Below, in pieces: positions 50,235-59,656 of a DNA stretch of 64,000 bases (the first letter of the stretch is position 1; each line of letters starts with the position of its first letter). Made by a program: the position numbers and the translations under genes. Source of the stretch: Clostridia bacterium (GTDB taxonomy: Bacteria > Bacillota > Clostridia > UMGS1883 > UMGS1540); NCBI GenBank assembly GCA_045531205.1, contig JAZSDN010000050.1:6407-70406 (forward strand). The letters are read 5' to 3'. Below the pieces are notes generated by a model that did no database searches, had not been told where the DNA came from, and was given only the letters and a program-made list of their open reading frames with translations.

Positions 50235-51018
50235 AAATAACAAACTCCTTTCCACAATACCCTAAATTTGCCGAGATTTCAGCGGAAGCATTTCTTATTA
50301 GATCAAGTTTTTCATTAATTAAAGAGTCAATATCGTCATATAGCGTCAGGCTTGAAACACCTATAGTTGCCACCACATTTCCTGTATAGTCAAAAATAGG
50401 TACTGCAATACAAATTATGCCTTTGGCAAACTCTTCATTATCAATAGCAAAACCTGCTTTTTTTATCTTATAAGCTTCAATAATAAAACTATCAAAATCC
50501 GTAATGGTATTTTCTGTTCTTTTGTCAACCGGTATATTAAAGTAATTCTTTATCTCATCTGTATCTGAATAACTTAAAAGAATCTTACCGGGGGCAGAAC
50601 AGTTAAGTGGGTATTCTCCACCTATACACCCATTAATTCTGACTTCCTTTGTGGAATCATAATGCAAAAGATAAAGGACGTTTCTTTCGTTTTTAACCCC
50701 AAGATAGACAGAATCACCAAGCTCATTATTTAACTGTTCTATGTAAGGAGTTGCAATTTTTGCAATGCTGTTATTATTAACATAACCTGATATAAGTGAA
50801 AAGGGACGGAGCGTTAATCTGTATTTTTTTTGAGTATTATCACTCATATAAATCCAATTTTTCTCGAGCAAAGCTTCCAACACCCTTGAAACAGCATTTT
50901 TATTTATATTAAGAGCATTACTTATATCAGCAATTCCTATTTCAGAATTTTTACTTGCAAAAAATTCAATTATTTCCAAAGCGTAATCTACAGCAGGAGC
51001 TTTAGACAACTTTATCAC
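50227..51018 (-). CDS. IclR-family transcriptional regulator
   Basis: About 260 aa. N-terminal HTH (VDYALEIIEFFASKNSEIGIADISNALNINKNAVSRVLEAL) plus a C-terminal IclR ligand-binding domain. GTG/TTG start near 51007-51018. Translationally coupled to GRE2. Confidence 0.8.
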   Translation of the reverse strand: MIKLSKAPAVDYALEIIEFFASKNSEIGIADISNALNINKNAVSRVLEALLEKNWIYMSDNTQKKYRLTLRPFSLISGYVNNNSIAKIATPYIEQLNNELGDSVYLGVKNERNVLYLLHYDSTKEVRINGCIGGEYPLNCSAPGKILLSYSDTDEIKNYFNIPVDKRTENTITDFDSFIIEAYKIKKAGFAIDNEEFAKGIICIAVPIFDYTGNVVATIGVSSLTLYDDIDSLINEKLDLIRNASAEISANLGYCGKEFVIYE

Positions 51019-51080
51019 CTCATAATATATTTATTCTACAATTATAAGTATATCACGTAAAGATATATATGTCAACAAAA

Positions 51081-51109
51081 ATGCTCACTTATATAAAACA
51101 AGTGAGCAT
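51081..51109 (-). terminator. Rho-independent terminator of the spoIVB-like gene
   Basis: ATGCTCACTT(51081-51090)-loop-AAGTGAGCAT(51100-51109) with flanking A/T runs. Confidence 0.55.
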
Positions 51110-51114
51110 TTATC

Positions 51115-52086
51115 TTATTTGTTTTTCTCTGCTTCAGTTAACATATTCTCTATAAATATCCCATAACCTCTTGTTGGATCATTCACAAATACGTGTGTCA
51201 CAGCTCCGATGAGCTTTCCGTTCTGAACTAAAGGTGACCCCGACATACCTTGGACAATTCCACCCGTTATCGAAAGAAGTTTTGGGTCTGTAACTTTTAT
51301 TATCATATTTTTATTTTCTTCATAATTTTTATTTAAAATCTTTTCAATTAAAACTGTATATTTTTGTACACCTTCTCCTAAAACATCCGCATATATAAAA
51401 GCATTTCCTTCCTTCACTTCGTCTGATGTTGAAGTAAAAACAGTTTCTCCTTCACTTTTTTTAAGCAGTGTTCCGAATAATCCGCTTTTTGAATTTTTGT
51501 TTATTATGCCACTTTTAACATTTAAAAAATCCCCTTGCAAACCACCGGGGCTCCCCTCTTTCCCTCTTATTACATACATATTTTCACAAAAACGTATATC
51601 GCCCGAATTTCCTGAAGGCATTATGCCTGTTTCTGTATCTTCTACCTTGTGCCCTAACGCAGCAAATTTTAAGGTTTCGGGTTCGATATAAGTTATAGTT
51701 CCTATCCCGGCTATACTGTCTCTTACCCATGCGCCTATTTTATATTTATAAGCATCGTCATAAAATACAGGTGTAACCTTTTTGGTTAAAATTTTATTTT
51801 CTCTCTTTATTCCTAAATTAAGATTTTTTCCTTCTGACTGTTCAACAAGCTTGCTGAATTCATCACTCTTTGATATCTTTTTGCCGTTTACTAAATAAAT
51901 TATATCTCCCTTTTTAATTCCTGATGCCTTGGCAGGAGATATATTTTTTCCATTTGAAACTATATCAGAAAATCCAACCACCAATACACCTTCAAAATAC
52001 ATGGATATTCCTATGGTGTTTCCTCCTAATATTACTTGTTTTGGTTCGCTCTCTTCTGTTGCTTCAATATTGTTTTGGCCGCACAA
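51115..52086 (-). CDS. SpoIVB-like serine peptidase (S55 family, PDZ domain + peptidase)
   Basis: PDZ-like region (GIKKGDIIYLVNGKKISKSDEF) and the S55 catalytic region ...[26 protein letters not shown]. The reading frame stays open upstream to about 52156, encoding a signal-peptide-like KKSVNLLKIFFALLLTVTLLSLLCGQ with no in-frame ATG. The true start is probably non-canonical or hidden by a sequencing artefact. Confidence 0.75.
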   Translation of the reverse strand: MCGQNNIEATEESEPKQVILGGNTIGISMYFEGVLVVGFSDIVSNGKNISPAKASGIKKGDIIYLVNGKKISKSDEFSKLVEQSEGKNLNLGIKRENKILTKKVTPVFYDDAYKYKIGAWVRDSIAGIGTITYIEPETLKFAALGHKVEDTETGIMPSGNSGDIRFCENMYVIRGKEGSPGGLQGDFLNVKSGIINKNSKSGLFGTLLKKSEGETVFTSTSDEVKEGNAFIYADVLGEGVQKYTVLIEKILNKNYEENKNMIIKVTDPKLLSITGGIVQGMSGSPLVQNGKLIGAVTHVFVNDPTRGYGIFIENMLTEAEKNK

Positions 52087-52217
52087 AAGAGAAAGCAGGG
52101 TTACTGTCAGTAAAAGTGCAAAAAATATTTTTAATAAATTAACACTTTTTTTTGCAATATAAAACCACCCCCCTTAATTTAATTTTTACAGAGAGCGGTT
52201 TTTATATTCATTGCAAT

Positions 52218-52997
52218 TTATCGGTATTCTGTTAAAGATTTAAATGTATAGCCTTGGCTTTTTGCATCTTTTATTACTCTGTCAAGAGCTTTTGCGTTAT
52301 CGGCAGATACTGCGTGAAGCAATATAACTGCACCATTATGTAAGCCTTTCATTATGTTATTATATGCTGCTTCCTCTCCTATTGGATTTTCTGCTTCCCA
52401 GTCTTTGTATGCAAAGCTCCAGAAACAACTTATAAAGCCCATTTCGTTTGCCTTTTTTAAAACTTTTTCGTTGTACTCTCCCATTGGAGGACGGAAAAAT
52501 TTCATTTTACTGCCAAGTTCATTTTCAAATTTTTCCGAAAGAGTCAAAATTTCTTTTTCCATTTCTTCTTCCGAAATTTTTGGCATTGAAGGATGATTCC
52601 ACGTATGATTTCCTACAATATGACCTTCATCATGCATTCTTGCTACCAAATCAAAGCTGCGAGTAAAATAATCTCCTGTAATAAAAAATGCTGCCGTAAC
52701 CTCATTTTCTTTTAGTGTGTCCAGAATATCGTCTGTGTATCCGTTTTCGTAACCTTCGTCGAATGTAAGATATAAAGTTTTTTCTTCCTTATTTCCCATG
52801 TAAATGCAATTATTTTTTGTCATCATTTCTGTTTGAGATGCTGTAAATTCAGGTCCTTCCTCTGTTGGTCTGAATCCCCAACCAAAAACATCTGTTTGAT
52901 AAGATATTTCCTTTGAGGTTTCTGTTACATTATCTGTGCACGATGTAAAAAGTAAAACACTTAAAAGTAAAATAAATATTTTTTTAATAATCTCCAC
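52218..52997 (-). CDS. Polysaccharide deacetylase (NodB-homology) lipoprotein, PdaB/PdaA-like
   Basis: 259 aa. Lipobox LFTSC. NodB motifs TFDEGY, HTWNHP, and LHAVS near the C-terminus. Confidence 0.8.
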   Translation of the reverse strand: MEIIKKIFILLLSVLLFTSCTDNVTETSKEISYQTDVFGWGFRPTEEGPEFTASQTEMMTKNNCIYMGNKEEKTLYLTFDEGYENGYTDDILDTLKENEVTAAFFITGDYFTRSFDLVARMHDEGHIVGNHTWNHPSMPKISEEEMEKEILTLSEKFENELGSKMKFFRPPMGEYNEKVLKKANEMGFISCFWSFAYKDWEAENPIGEEAAYNNIMKGLHNGAVILLHAVSADNAKALDRVIKDAKSQGYTFKSLTEYR

Positions 52998-53053
52998 CTC
53001 CAGATAAATTTATACTCAAAATAATTTAAAAAAAGAACCTTGCGTTGCAAGGT

Positions 53054-53782
53054 TCACTCTAAAATATAATTTATTGCTTTTTGAATATATTTATCCCAGA
53101 AATCCCAGGTATGGTCGCCTATTCCTTCTTCGTAAAAATATTCAAAGTCAGTTTTTTCTATTACCTGTTTGAATTTTTGATTTCCTTCATACAGAAAATC
53201 GCTTTTACCTATAGCCTGATAAATTTTGGGTTTTACGGGTGCACCGTTCATCTTTTTAACAAGATAAACAGTATTTTCATTGCTTTTTGATAAATCAGTA
53301 TCTTCTCCAAGTATTATTTTTGAAAGTTCAGGTTCTTTGTTTACTATTGCCTCTATATCCAAACACCCAGATAAAGATGCCGCTGCACTGAAAATTTCAG
53401 GTCTTCTTAATGCTATTTTTACAGCACCGTATCCACCCATAGAAAGACCTGCAATAAATGTGTCATCCCGCCTTGTGCTTAAGTTAAAAAGTTTTCTTGT
53501 ATACTCAAGAATTTCATAAGCTATATGAGTAAAATATTTATCACCATACACCATATCTGCATAAAAGCTTTTTGCAGCATCCGGCATAATTACAGCTATG
53601 TTATTAAGCTTTGCGTATCGTTCTATCGACGAAAATCTTGACCATGCTGTTGAATTTTGCGAAAAGCCATGTAAAAGATACAAGGTCTTTGCCCCGTTTT
53701 CACAACCTTCGGGTATAATTGCATTAAACTCAACATTTTTAGAAAGCACTTCAGATGCAAAATTACAAGTCAAAAATGCCAT
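53054..53782 (-). CDS. Esterase (alpha/beta-hydrolase, tributyrin-esterase / S-formylglutathione-hydrolase-like)
   Basis: 242 aa. GLSMGGYGA nucleophile elbow. PF00756-like organisation. Confidence 0.7.
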   Translation of the reverse strand: MAFLTCNFASEVLSKNVEFNAIIPEGCENGAKTLYLLHGFSQNSTAWSRFSSIERYAKLNNIAVIMPDAAKSFYADMVYGDKYFTHIAYEILEYTRKLFNLSTRRDDTFIAGLSMGGYGAVKIALRRPEIFSAAASLSGCLDIEAIVNKEPELSKIILGEDTDLSKSNENTVYLVKKMNGAPVKPKIYQAIGKSDFLYEGNQKFKQVIEKTDFEYFYEEGIGDHTWDFWDKYIQKAINYILE

Positions 53783-53795
53783 GAATGTTCTCCTT

Positions 53796-55094
53796 TCAGG
53801 AAACAGATTCCTCGTTTATCCTTTGTTTTTTGGGAGCGGGTCTTTTGATTTTTCTTACCCCATCGCCTCTTGTGATTTCAGGCTGTCCTTCTTTATTATT
53901 TACACAGTTTTCTGTTATGAGTACCTTCTCAATAGTTTCATCCGAAGGAATTTCAAACATAATATCTGTCAAAGTTTCTTCCATTATCGCACGCAAGCCT
54001 CTTGCCCCTGTTTTTCTTGCAATTGCACTTTCTGCCATCTTTACAAGAGCTTTTTCGTCAAACTCAAGTTCAACCCCATCAAGCGAAAACAACTTTTCAT
54101 ATTGCTTTGTAAGTGCGTTTTTAGGTTCTTTCAATATGCTTACAAGTGCATCCTTATCTAAAGCCGAAAGTGCTGCTATTACAGGAATTCTGCCTACAAA
54201 TTCGGGAATTAAACCAAATTTTAATAAATCTTCAGGTTCAATAAGTTTAAAGAGTTCAGAAATATCTTTTGTAGCTTTTGATGATATTTCCGACCCAAAG
54301 CCCATGGTCTTTTTGCCTATTCTTCTCTCAATTATTTTTTCAAGTCCGTCAAACGCTCCGCCTACAATAAAGAGAATATTAGTAGTATCTATCTGTATGA
54401 ATTCCTGATGAGGATGCTTTCTTCCACCCTGCGGAGGTACTGACGCAACAGTCCCTTCCAAAATCTTCAAAAGTGCCTGCTGAACACCTTCACCACTTAC
54501 ATCTCTTGTGATAGACGGATTTTCGCTTTTTCTTGTTATTTTATCTATTTCATCAATATAAATTATGCCTTTTGATGCTCTTTCAATATCATAATCAGCT
54601 GCCTGAATAAGACGAAGCAAAATATTTTCAACATCTTCACCTACATAGCCCGCTTCGGTCAATGATGTCGCATCTGCTATTGCAAAAGGAACATTTAAAA
54701 CTTTTGCCAAAGTCTGTGCAAGCAATGTTTTTCCTGAACCTGTAGGACCCATAAGTAAAATGTTGCTCTTTTGTATTTCTACATCGCTTTCAACCTGTGC
54801 TGATATTCTCTTATAATGGTTATAAACTGCAACTGATAAGAGTTTTTTTGCAGTATCCTGACCGATTACATAGTCGTCAAGTGCTTTCTTTATATCGTAG
54901 GGTTTTGGAATATCATCATAATATACATCTGCATTTGAAGAATCTAAAATTTCTTCATCAATGATTTCATAACAAAGCTCTATACATTCGTCACAAATAT
55001 ATACCCCGGGACCGGCAACAAGTCTTTTTACCTGATCCTGACTTTTTCCGCAAAAAGAACACTTTAACTGTGCCTGTTCGTTAAATTTAGACAT
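53796..55094 (-). CDS. clpX: ATP-dependent Clp protease ATP-binding subunit ClpX
   Basis: 432 aa. N-terminal C4 zinc finger (CSFCGKS...CDEC). Walker A GPTGSGKT. Confidence 0.95.
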   Translation of the reverse strand: MSKFNEQAQLKCSFCGKSQDQVKRLVAGPGVYICDECIELCYEIIDEEILDSSNADVYYDDIPKPYDIKKALDDYVIGQDTAKKLLSVAVYNHYKRISAQVESDVEIQKSNILLMGPTGSGKTLLAQTLAKVLNVPFAIADATSLTEAGYVGEDVENILLRLIQAADYDIERASKGIIYIDEIDKITRKSENPSITRDVSGEGVQQALLKILEGTVASVPPQGGRKHPHQEFIQIDTTNILFIVGGAFDGLEKIIERRIGKKTMGFGSEISSKATKDISELFKLIEPEDLLKFGLIPEFVGRIPVIAALSALDKDALVSILKEPKNALTKQYEKLFSLDGVELEFDEKALVKMAESAIARKTGARGLRAIMEETLTDIMFEIPSDETIEKVLITENCVNNKEGQPEITRGDGVRKIKRPAPKKQRINEESVS

Positions 55095-55151
55095 TTTAAT
55101 GCTGTCCTCCCTTAAAGGATTAACGCCAACCGTTTCCGATTGGCGTAAAAA

Positions 55152-55733
55152 TTAATGTTTTGTAATAATTTTATCTACAAGGCCGTACTCAACTGCCTGC
55201 TGTGCTGTCAAGAAGTTATCTCTGTCAGTATCTTTTTCAATAATTTCCAAAGGCTTGCCTGTAACTTCACTCAAAATAGTGTTTAACTTAGTACGCATTT
55301 GAATTATTCTGTCAGCATGAATTTTAATATCAGAAGCCTGACCTTGCATTCCGCCAAGGGGCTGGTGAATCATTACTTCGCTGTTAGGCAAAACAAAACG
55401 TTTTCCTTTTGCTCCTGCAGCAAGCAAAAACGCGCCCATACTTGCTGCCATACCTACACAAATTGTAGATACGTCACATTTTATATACTGCATTGTATCA
55501 TAAATAGCCATACCTGCTGTTATTGAACCGCCGGGGCTGTTTATGTAAAGACTTATATCCTTTTCGGGGTCTTCACTTTCCAAAAACAGCATTTGAGCTA
55601 CAACTAAGCTTGCAGTTGTATCGTTAACTTCTTCTCCTAAAAATATTATTCTGTCTTTAAGCAAACGTGAAAAGATGTCGTAAGAACGTTCTCCTCTATT
55701 AGTCTGCTCTATTACCATCGGCACCAGACTCAT
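55152..55733 (-). CDS. clpP: ATP-dependent Clp protease proteolytic subunit ClpP
   Basis: 193 aa: [33 protein letters not shown]. Catalytic GMAASMG/H/D triad. Confidence 0.95.
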   Translation of the reverse strand: MSLVPMVIEQTNRGERSYDIFSRLLKDRIIFLGEEVNDTTASLVVAQMLFLESEDPEKDISLYINSPGGSITAGMAIYDTMQYIKCDVSTICVGMAASMGAFLLAAGAKGKRFVLPNSEVMIHQPLGGMQGQASDIKIHADRIIQMRTKLNTILSEVTGKPLEIIEKDTDRDNFLTAQQAVEYGLVDKIITKH

Positions 55734-57045
55734 CTTTTTCTTCTCCTTTACTCTTTGCCTTTTTAGTTATTTTTGCATTGTCAACCAAGAATGTCAGAGT
55801 TTTGTTTACAGATAAATCAGCCTTTAAGCCGTCCATGGAATTCTTCATAATGTTCTTAACCTTCTTAAGTTCCATGTTATACTGTTCTGACATTTTCTTA
55901 AGTTCTTCTTCTATTTCTTCTTTTGTAATTTCAATCTTTTCAATTTCAGCAATTTTTTCTAAAATAAGGTTAATCTTTACAGATCTTGCTGCACCTTCTT
56001 TAAACTGACCGCGCATTGTCGCTTCGTCAATGCCTGTAATCTGCTGATACTGTTCTAAAGTAATTCCCTGTGCAGAAATTCTGTATTCAAAATCCTGCAA
56101 CATTCTGTCTATCTGTGCTTCTACCATGCATTCAGGAATATCAATTTCTGTTTTTTCTGCAATGGCATCAACTATTTTATCTTCAGTTTCTCTCTTTGCA
56201 CGAACATTGTTAGCTTCTGTCATTTTAGCCTTAATGTCTGCTTTTAATTCATCAAGTGTATCAAATTCACTTACATCTTTTGCAAATTCATCATCAGCTG
56301 CAGGAAGTTCTTTCTTCTTAACTTCGTTAATCTTTACCTTGAATACAGCTTCTTTGCCAGCAAGGTCTTCAGCATGATATTCTGTGGGGAATGTAACATT
56401 TACTTCAACTTCCTGACCTGCCTTTTTACCGATAAGCTGGTCTTCAAATCCGGGGATAAACTGTCCTGAACCAAGTTCAAGGTTGTGGTTTTCACCCTTA
56501 CCGCCGTCAAATGCAACACCGTCAACAAAGCCTTCGTAATCAATAACAGCAATGTTGCCCTTCTTTGCAGCTGTTTCGATTGAAACGAGTCTTGCATTCT
56601 GTTCGCGACGTCTGTCTATTTCAGCATTAACATCTTTTGCCAATACTTTATATTCTATTTTATCCAGTTTGATTCCTTTGTATTCAGCAACTTCAAATTC
56701 AGGCTTAACTGTAACTGTAGCGGTAAACACAAATGCTTTGCCTGTTTCAAGCTGTTCAATATCAACTTCAGGTCGATCAACAGGGTTTATGCCGCTTTTT
56801 GCTACTGCTTTATCATATGCATCGGGGCATACAAAGTTTATAGCATCTTCATAAAAAACGCCTTCTCCATAGTATTTTTCGCAAACTTTACGGGGAGCTT
56901 TACCCTTGCGGAAGCCGGGAACAGATATGTATTTTACATTTTTACGATATGCTTTTTCCACACCTTCTTCAAATGCCTGCTTGTCAACTTCAATAGTTAA
57001 CTTAACCTTATTGTTTTCTAACTTTTCAACGTTTTTTACTTTCAT
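55699..57045 (-). CDS. tig: Trigger factor
   Basis: 448 aa starting [24 protein letters not shown]-type PPIase middle domain. The low-complexity C-terminal tail reads 35 nt into clpP. Confidence 0.9.
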   Translation of the reverse strand: MKVKNVEKLENNKVKLTIEVDKQAFEEGVEKAYRKNVKYISVPGFRKGKAPRKVCEKYYGEGVFYEDAINFVCPDAYDKAVAKSGINPVDRPEVDIEQLETGKAFVFTATVTVKPEFEVAEYKGIKLDKIEYKVLAKDVNAEIDRRREQNARLVSIETAAKKGNIAVIDYEGFVDGVAFDGGKGENHNLELGSGQFIPGFEDQLIGKKAGQEVEVNVTFPTEYHAEDLAGKEAVFKVKINEVKKKELPAADDEFAKDVSEFDTLDELKADIKAKMTEANNVRAKRETEDKIVDAIAEKTEIDIPECMVEAQIDRMLQDFEYRISAQGITLEQYQQITGIDEATMRGQFKEGAARSVKINLILEKIAEIEKIEITKEEIEEELKKMSEQYNMELKKVKNIMKNSMDGLKADLSVNKTLTFLVDNAKITKKAKSKGEEKDESGADGNRAD

Positions 57046-57158
57046 TAGTTATTCCTCCAAGCTTTATAATACAATTTAATATTATAACACAAAAAATTAA
57101 AATTTCAATAGTTAAATGTAAAATTTTTCAATATTTTTAAGCTTTTTGTATAATAAAA

Positions 57159-57176
57159 GCGCCTTTTAAAAGGCGC
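57159..57176 (-). terminator. Perfect 18-bp palindromic terminator hairpin downstream of the abrB-like gene (bidirectional)
   Basis: GCGCCTTTTAAAAGGCGC flanked by T-runs on both strands. About 20 nt past the stop at 57195. Confidence 0.5.
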
Positions 57177-57194
57177 ATTCATTTTTATATGCTT

Positions 57195-57449
57195 TTATTT
57201 TGAAAGCTCTGCCGCACAAGTTGGGCAAATATTTTTGCCGCGGAATAAAAAAACATCTTTTGCATCACCGCAGAATACGCACGAAGGTTCATATTTTTTT
57301 AAGATTATGCTGTTACCGTCAACATAAATCTCCAAAGAATCTTTTTCAGCTATATCCAAAGTTCTTCTTAATTCAATAGGAAGAACTACCCTTCCGAGTT
57401 CATCAACTTTTCTTACTACGCCTGTAGCTTTCATTATTTTCCCCTCCAA
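57195..57449 (-). CDS. AbrB/SpoVT-family transcriptional regulator with C-terminal Cys4 zinc-ribbon
   Basis: 84 aa. N-terminus ATGVVRKVDELGRVVLPIELRRTLDIAEKDSLEIYVDGNSIILKKYEP is the swapped-hairpin AbrB DNA-binding domain. C-terminus CVFCG...CPTC. Confidence 0.7.
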   Translation of the reverse strand: MEGKIMKATGVVRKVDELGRVVLPIELRRTLDIAEKDSLEIYVDGNSIILKKYEPSCVFCGDAKDVFLFRGKNICPTCAAELSK

Positions 57450-57565
57450 ATATTTTCTTTAACAAAATTAATAGTATCACATAAAAAAAGGCTTGTCAAT
57501 CAGTAATTTGAAAAAAATGTAAATTTTATCATATAAAAATACAAAAAGACATATTTTTTCAAGAG

Positions 57566-58156
57566 GTGTTTTTTATGCTTAATTTTATATGGCCGGCTTT
57601 AGTTATATTCTCGCTTGCTGTATCTTTTTTCACAGGCAACCCAGAGGAAGTTTGCATTGCCGGCATCGAAGGTGCAAAAAACGGAATTTTATTTACTATA
57701 GAGCTTTGTGGGATTATGTGTTTTTGGACAGGGCTTATGAAAATTGCAGAAAAAGCAGGACTTATAAATTTTTTATCACGCTTGCTTTCTCCACTTATAA
57801 AAGTTCTTTTTCCCGATGTTAAAAATCAAAGCACAAAAAATGCTATTGTAATGAATATGGCGGCAAATATATTTGGAATGAGTAATGCAGCAACTCCTCT
57901 TGGCTTAAAAGCAATGCAAGAGCTTGACAAAGAAAACCACTACAGCAAAACAGCGTCAAATGCAATATGTATGTTTGTACTTATAAATACTGCTTCAATA
58001 CAGCTTATCCCATCTACACTTATTGCCTTGCGTGCCCAAAACTCATCCTCTGCACCTTCAGAAATAATTGTACCCGTATGGATTGTTTCTTTTTTATCGT
58101 TATTTATAGCGATAATTTTTGCTAAAATTGCAGAAAAAAGGAGTAAATTATTTTGA
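57566..58156 (+). CDS. spmA: Spore maturation protein A
   Basis: 196 aa. Nucleoside-recognition (Gate) domain membrane protein. 4-nt overlap with spmB. Confidence 0.85.
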   Translation: MFFMLNFIWPALVIFSLAVSFFTGNPEEVCIAGIEGAKNGILFTIELCGIMCFWTGLMKIAEKAGLINFLSRLLSPLIKVLFPDVKNQSTKNAIVMNMAANIFGMSNAATPLGLKAMQELDKENHYSKTASNAICMFVLINTASIQLIPSTLIALRAQNSSSAPSEIIVPVWIVSFLSLFIAIIFAKIAEKRSKLF

Positions 58157-58674
58157 GTATATCTTCTTACATTGTTCCTTTTGTGATAATTTGCGTAATT
58201 GTTTTTGGATTCTGTAAAGGCTTATCTTTATACGATTTATTTATTGATGGTGCAAATGATGCTTTAAAAACTGCTATTAAAATAATAGCTCCCATGACTG
58301 CACTTATGTCTGCAGTTAGTATGCTTCGTGCAGCGGGAGTTATAGATATTATTTCAAATTTATTTTCTCCTATTGCCAAAATGACGGGATTCCCTATAGA
58401 AGTTCTTCCTTTTGCTTTAATGCGTCCTGTATCAGGGAGTGCATCACTTGCAATTTTAGAAGATATTTTTTCGGTATACGGTCCCGACAGTATTGCAGGG
58501 CGTGTTGCTTCTGTAATATCAGGCTCAAGCGAAACTACATTTTACGCTTTAAGTGTATACTTTGCAGCTACAAAAATAAAAAACACAAGGCACACCTTGA
58601 AAGCCGCATTGATAGCAGATTTTGCAGGAATGGTTCTCGGTACAGCCTCGGTTTATTTATTTTTTAATTTATAA
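58153..58674 (+). CDS. spmB: Spore maturation protein B
   Basis: 173 aa. Paralogous Gate-domain membrane protein following spmA. Confidence 0.85.
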   Translation: MSISSYIVPFVIICVIVFGFCKGLSLYDLFIDGANDALKTAIKIIAPMTALMSAVSMLRAAGVIDIISNLFSPIAKMTGFPIEVLPFALMRPVSGSASLAILEDIFSVYGPDSIAGRVASVISGSSETTFYALSVYFAATKIKNTRHTLKAALIADFAGMVLGTASVYLFFNL

Positions 58675-59620
58675 GTGCATTTATTTCTTCGTGGCTTATG
58701 CCTTTGTGCATAGAATAGTTTATTCCGTTTGCAAGTATTTTTGATGTTCTCATAATAATTGTATCTATTTCCTTTGGCGTTACAATTGATTTACCTGTTT
58801 TTTCGGCATTGAATTCTGTAAGTATTCTTTCTTTTTGTTTTTCAAAAGCTTCATTTTCTTTTTCTGAATTTCCTGTTAATACTTCAATTGCTTTATCTAT
58901 TGCATCAGCGGCAATTGTTGCACTGTCGCAAACCATAGGAACACCTATAGCTATTACCGGCACTCCAAGAGTTTCCCTGTCAAGACTTTTACGGTTGTTC
59001 CCTACCCCGCTTCCGGGATTTATTCCTGTATCAGAAATCTGAATTGTAGTGCTCACTCTTTTTGGACTTCTTGATGCAAGTGCATCTATTGCTATAACTA
59101 AAGAAGGCTTTACTCTTTCACATACACCTTTTATTATTTCTCCTGTTTCTATTCCTGTAATTCCAAGCACTCCGGGCGAAACTGCACATACAGAACCAAG
59201 TCCTTCGGCGGTTCCTTTTGGCATATATTCAAAAATATGTCTTGTTACAAGCAATGCTTCCACTGTTTTTGGACCCAGGGCATCGGGTGTTATTTTTTCA
59301 TTTCCTAATCCAACTATTAAAACATTGTTTCTGTCATTTCCTATAAGCTTGTCAAGTTCTTCCGCTAAAAGCTGTGCTGTTTTTTCGTGTGTTTCAGGAT
59401 TTGCCTGTGCGGGGTTTGGAAATTCTATTGTGATATACCTACCACACTTTTTCCCTAAAGCTTCTGCTGTTTTATCATCTTTGATTTGTACATTCGTTAT
59501 TTTTATGCCTTCTATCTCTTTTTCTGTGCTTTCTATCCCTGAAAGTTCTCCCGAAGTTTCTATATAAAAATTCATAGATTCAAGTGCAAGGTCAGTTCTT
59601 ACATAGCTCAAAAAAATCAC
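58664..59620 (-). CDS. gpr: Germination protease (spore endopeptidase GPR, peptidase A25)
   Basis: 318 aa: ...VRTDLALE..., GLGNEKITPDALGPKTVE, IAIDALASRS, ISDTGINPGSGVGNNRK. Matches GPR motif by motif. Confidence 0.8.
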   Translation of the reverse strand: MIFLSYVRTDLALESMNFYIETSGELSGIESTEKEIEGIKITNVQIKDDKTAEALGKKCGRYITIEFPNPAQANPETHEKTAQLLAEELDKLIGNDRNNVLIVGLGNEKITPDALGPKTVEALLVTRHIFEYMPKGTAEGLGSVCAVSPGVLGITGIETGEIIKGVCERVKPSLVIAIDALASRSPKRVSTTIQISDTGINPGSGVGNNRKSLDRETLGVPVIAIGVPMVCDSATIAADAIDKAIEVLTGNSEKENEAFEKQKERILTEFNAEKTGKSIVTPKEIDTIIMRTSKILANGINYSMHKGISHEEINALIN

Positions 59621-59656
59621 CTCTTAATGCATTGTTTGCAAAAAGAGGTGATTTTA

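Noticed and set aside
55734-55900. CtsR box upstream of clpP
   Set aside because: Only a degenerate TGTCAAC-n6-TGTCAGA pair with wrong spacing is present inside the tig 3' end. Not convincing.
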